Assembly: GCA_035654315.1 (NCBI GenBank)
Contig: DASRXE010000040.1
Span: 1 to 37,237, forward strand
Origin: Brevundimonas sp.
GTDB taxonomy: Bacteria > Pseudomonadota > Alphaproteobacteria > Caulobacterales > Caulobacteraceae
Direction: 5' to 3'
Length of the DNA stretch: 37,237 nucleotides
Shown piece after piece: positions 35,999-37,237 of this stretch. Position numbers and translations under genes: made by a program. Within the stretch, counting starts at the first letter, position 1. Each line of letters opens with the position of its first letter. Under the pieces are notes generated by a model that saw only the letters and a list, made by a program, of their open reading frames with translations, ran no database searches and was not told where the DNA came from.

Positions 35999-37237
35999 CT
36001 AGGCCTTGGCGTAGCCCTGCCCGCCGTTCGACGGACGCCGGCGCCGCGGACGGCGCTTGATCTCGCCGTCCGGCTTGGCCGCAACCGCGACGCCGCCGCT
36101 GTGGCGCGGGTCGTTATGCGCCTGACGCGGCCGCTCCCCGGCCATCGGGTCATAGGCGCGCTCCGGAGTCGGGCGCACGTCGCGGCCGGGGCCGGCCTTG
36201 CGGACCCGGTGCGGCTGTCCGCCGCCCTCCAGCTTGACCCCGTCGCGGCGCGGGTTGCGGTTGCGCCCCGGGCCGCGGCCGCCACGTCCGTCCCGCTCCT
36301 CGCGCTCCGGCATGGTCGCCTTCTTGCCGACGCCCGACGCCATGATCGAGGCGTCCAGCGAGGCCAGCTGGCGGTCGTTGCGGCGGTCGATGGCCGGGAT
36401 CTTCTGGCGCGTGACCTTCTCGATGTCGCGCAGCAGCTTCATCTCGTCCCCGGCCACGAAGCTGATCGCCGTGCCGTCGGCGCCGGCGCGGGCCGTCCGC
36501 CCGATGCGGTGAACATAGGCTTCCGGCACGAACGGCAGCTCGAAATTGACGACATGCGAGACGCCGTCGACGTCGATGCCGCGCGCGGCGATGTCGGTCG
36601 CCACCAGCACGCGCAGCTTGCCCTTCTTGAAGGCGTCGAGCGTGCGTTCGCGCTGCGGCTGGCTCTTGTTGCCATGGATGGCCCCGGCCTCGACGCCGCC
36701 GGCTTCCAGATAGGCCGCGACTTTGTCGGCGCCGTGCTTGGTCTTGGTGAAGACCAGGCAGCGGGTGAAGGTCGGGTCGCTGAACATCTCGGTCAGCAGG
36801 GCGCGCTTGCGGCCCTGTTCGATGTGGATCACCGACTGGTTGATGCGCTGCACGGTGGTGGCCTGCGGCGTCACCTGGACCTTGACCGGGTCCTTCAGCA
36901 GTTCGCCCGCCAGCTTGCCGATCTCGGTCGGCATGGTGGCCGAGAAGAACAGGTTCTGGCGCTTGGCCGGGATGCGGCTGACGATCTGGCGGATCGGCTT
37001 GACGAAGCCGAGGTCCAGCATCTGGTCGGCCTCGTCGAGGACGAAGATTTCGGTGCGGCTCAGGTCCAGCGTCTTCTGCTGCATATGGTCCAGCAGGCGG
37101 CCGGGCGTGGCCACGAGCACGTCGAGGCCCTGCTGAAGGGCGCGCTCCTGCGGCCCGTATTTCACGCCGCCGAAGATCACGGCCACGCGGAAGCCGAGAT
37201 GTTTGCCGTAGGTCTTGAAGCTCTCGGCGATCTGGCT
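35999..37237 (-). CDS. rhlE: DEAD-box RNA helicase, RhlE-like (5' end outside the window)
   Basis: ATPGRLLD, LDEAD, FSAT, ARGID, HRIGRTAR, basic disordered tail. The frame is open to the window edge. Confidence 0.9.
   Translation of the reverse strand, partial: SQIAESFKTYGKHLGFRVAVIFGGVKYGPQERALQQGLDVLVATPGRLLDHMQQKTLDLSRTEIFVLDEADQMLDLGFVKPIRQIVSRIPAKRQNLFFSATMPTEIGKLAGELLKDPVKVQVTPQATTVQRINQSVIHIEQGRKRALLTEMFSDPTFTRCLVFTKTKHGADKVAAYLEAGGVEAGAIHGNKSQPQRERTLDAFKKGKLRVLVATDIAARGIDVDGVSHVVNFELPFVPEAYVHRIGRTARAGADGTAISFVAGDEMKLLRDIEKVTRQKIPAIDRRNDRQLASLDASIMASGVGKKATMPEREERDGRGGRGPGRNRNPRRDGVKLEGGGQPHRVRKAGPGRDVRPTPERAYDPMAGERPRQAHNDPRHSGGVAVAAKPDGEIKRRPRRRRPSNGGQGYAKA

Overview
High-GC alphaproteobacterial chromosome segment. 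Gene content and regulatory motifs point to Caulobacteraceae, most likely Brevundimonas-like (inference). It is mainly core genome: gluQ-alkA-TRIC-HNH, an M1 aminopeptidase, rpmB, the helicase-hslR-fdxA-carD cluster, tRNA-Arg(CCT), flagellar genes (fliOP, flgBC-fliE, fliQR-flhB) with CtrA-like boxes, divJ-sufE, a gafYZ-like GTA-activator pair divergent from ctrA, an Lrp regulator and an RhlE-like DEAD-box helicase. I see no transposase, prophage or CRISPR array. The most unusual signals are small. (i) The tRNA-Arg has the normally invariant G19-C56 elbow pair swapped to C19-G56. (ii) Two dispersed paralogous 74-aa signal-peptide/TM/acidic-tail proteins share an identical GGAAC-N16-GGTT (SigT/EcfG-type) promoter. 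(iii) Two microproteins are missed or mis-started by the ORF track: a 41-aa His-His/CxxC peptide and a 32-aa TM peptide opposite lrp, lying between identical 28-bp hairpins. (iv) There is a CIR/RIME-like double-hairpin repeat and an inverted heptamer repeat pair. (v) An NrdR/LexA/GANTC motif cluster lies upstream of an orphan gene and the helicase. All product calls come from motif recognition; no database search was run.
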